DNA from: Phoronis australis
Taxonomy: Eukaryota > Animalia > Phoronida
Assembly: GCA_002633005.1 (NCBI GenBank)
Contig: NMRA01000199.1
Location: forward strand, 189,321 to 253,320
Direction: 5' to 3'
DNA length: 64,000 nt
The position numbers were made by a program, and so were the translations under genes. Positions 62,765 to 64,000 of the stretch are shown in pieces (the stretch's first letter is position 1; each line of letters begins with the position of its first letter). The notes under the pieces were generated by a model, which did not search any database, had not been told where the DNA came from, and saw only the letters and a program-made list of their open reading frames with translations.

Positions 62765-63669
62765 TTTGTATGCTCGATTTTGGGTTTTTTTATGATCCAT
62801 TGGTTCGTATACGTTATCCATAAGTTCATAGGTGGTTCGTGCGTATGATTCTATGGTAGCCCTGTAATGAGGACAGACTCGAATGGCTAGAGCACGGTGT
62901 GAACACATAAAAGCGACTCTATTATACATGTACGATCCCATGATGCTCTAGTGGAACTAAGATTTCGCGCAAGCGCATATAGATTTGCACAAGGGGTGTT
63001 GATGCATAAGTTGAAGTGCCATTGAAATTTGAATTTGATATAGTAGGGGAATCGATAATGTAATCATGTAAAATCCATAAGTGTGTGTGGAACATAGATT
63101 TGTGCCAGGAAGTTTCCGGGTAGCCTCAGACCCGCTCGTGAGCCCGCGCTACTCACGCTGGCTCGCCGGTCGCATACCGAGGAGTGCGAACTTTATTGAC
63201 GTACATACTCTTTATCCAGTGCATGCTTTGAGTCATGTAACCCGTGATATTCGTCCCCACACACAGCCGTGCACATCAAAATGACCAGAATCGAGATGGC
63301 GTGTCCATGCATTGCTATACTACAAGAAAAAGAAACTGGCTTGGTATTACGTGTGTTATTCTTTGATTGGTCCTAGGATATCGGTCGTCATATAAGTTCA
63401 TTGAAATAGCGCACATGAAAAAATTCACAAGGGGTGGGTAAATTGAAGATAAACGGATAAAAAGTTTAAACAAACTTAAACAAGCAAGATAGATACTGAG
63501 ATACATACATGAAGCATTAGACATTTGGAAACTTTAACATGTAAAATTACAAGTCAAAGCTATGCATATATATAAATAGTAACTAAACATTATTTGAATT
63601 AACTATTCAGTGATAGATAAGTATCTTGAGTAGCTTCAGGCAGTCGACGGTAGCGACCCCAGGTGGTCT

Positions 63670-64000
63670 ACATGTGTAACATTGATGAACTAACCTGATG
63701 ATGCGGTGAGGGTGTATCTCCCGATACACAGAGAGCGGGATTCAGTTTGATACTATACCCCGTGCTGGGTGTACACAAGTTAGTCTTGTGACTGAACTCA
63801 GTGTTACATGAGACCATCCTGAATGAATAGAATCTAGCTTGTGACCCAGGTCGCCATAGGTGTCCTGCAGCCAGTTTGCCAGAAATAGTTTCAACACCTG
63901 TGCGTGCTGAGACAATATATAGGTAATGAAAGTCGGAAACACAATCGGGATGTCGGTATATCGTTCGTGTAAGGTTTCCAGACTGCTGACCAAGCGCACC
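63670..64000 (-). other. Possible coding exon or relic truncated by the window edge
   Basis: More GC-rich than flanks, with two overlapping minus-strand frames open from the edge (one reads ...RYTDIPIVFPTFITYILSQHAQVLKLFLANWLQDTYGDLGHKL...). No family recognised. Confidence 0.25.

Noticed and set aside
1-64000. CRISPR arrays, tRNA/rRNA genes, prokaryotic operons
   Set aside because: No regularly spaced repeat-spacer array, cloverleaf or rRNA-like sequence seen by eye. The window is intron-containing animal DNA.

Overview
AT-rich animal (bilaterian invertebrate, possibly lophotrochozoan; this is inference) genomic DNA from a draft assembly, with a 358-N gap and one probable haplotype-overlap duplication. 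Two spliced protein-coding genes can be rebuilt with in-frame GT-AG junctions, both on the minus strand. (1) A two-exon NK2.2/Nkx2-2 homeobox gene (30073-23602, 320 aa) sits in a gene-poor, motif-rich region. (2) A three-exon gene for a predicted secreted 577-aa protein (51025-45770) fuses a bacterial-looking uncharacterised beta-propeller-like domain to an ACP5/TRAP-type purple acid phosphatase with all metal ligands intact; this is the most unusual item. Mobile DNA includes a 5'-truncated Penelope-like retroelement (GIY-YIG) between 165-bp inverted pseudo-LTRs that each carry a minimal hammerhead ribozyme, a decayed solo hammerhead, LINE 3' fragments, and several MITEs with readable TIRs and 3-, 5- or 8-bp TSDs. 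There are also microsatellites and some decayed coding-like relics. Most short ORFs in the supplied track are spurious. All homology calls are from motif recognition, not database searches.
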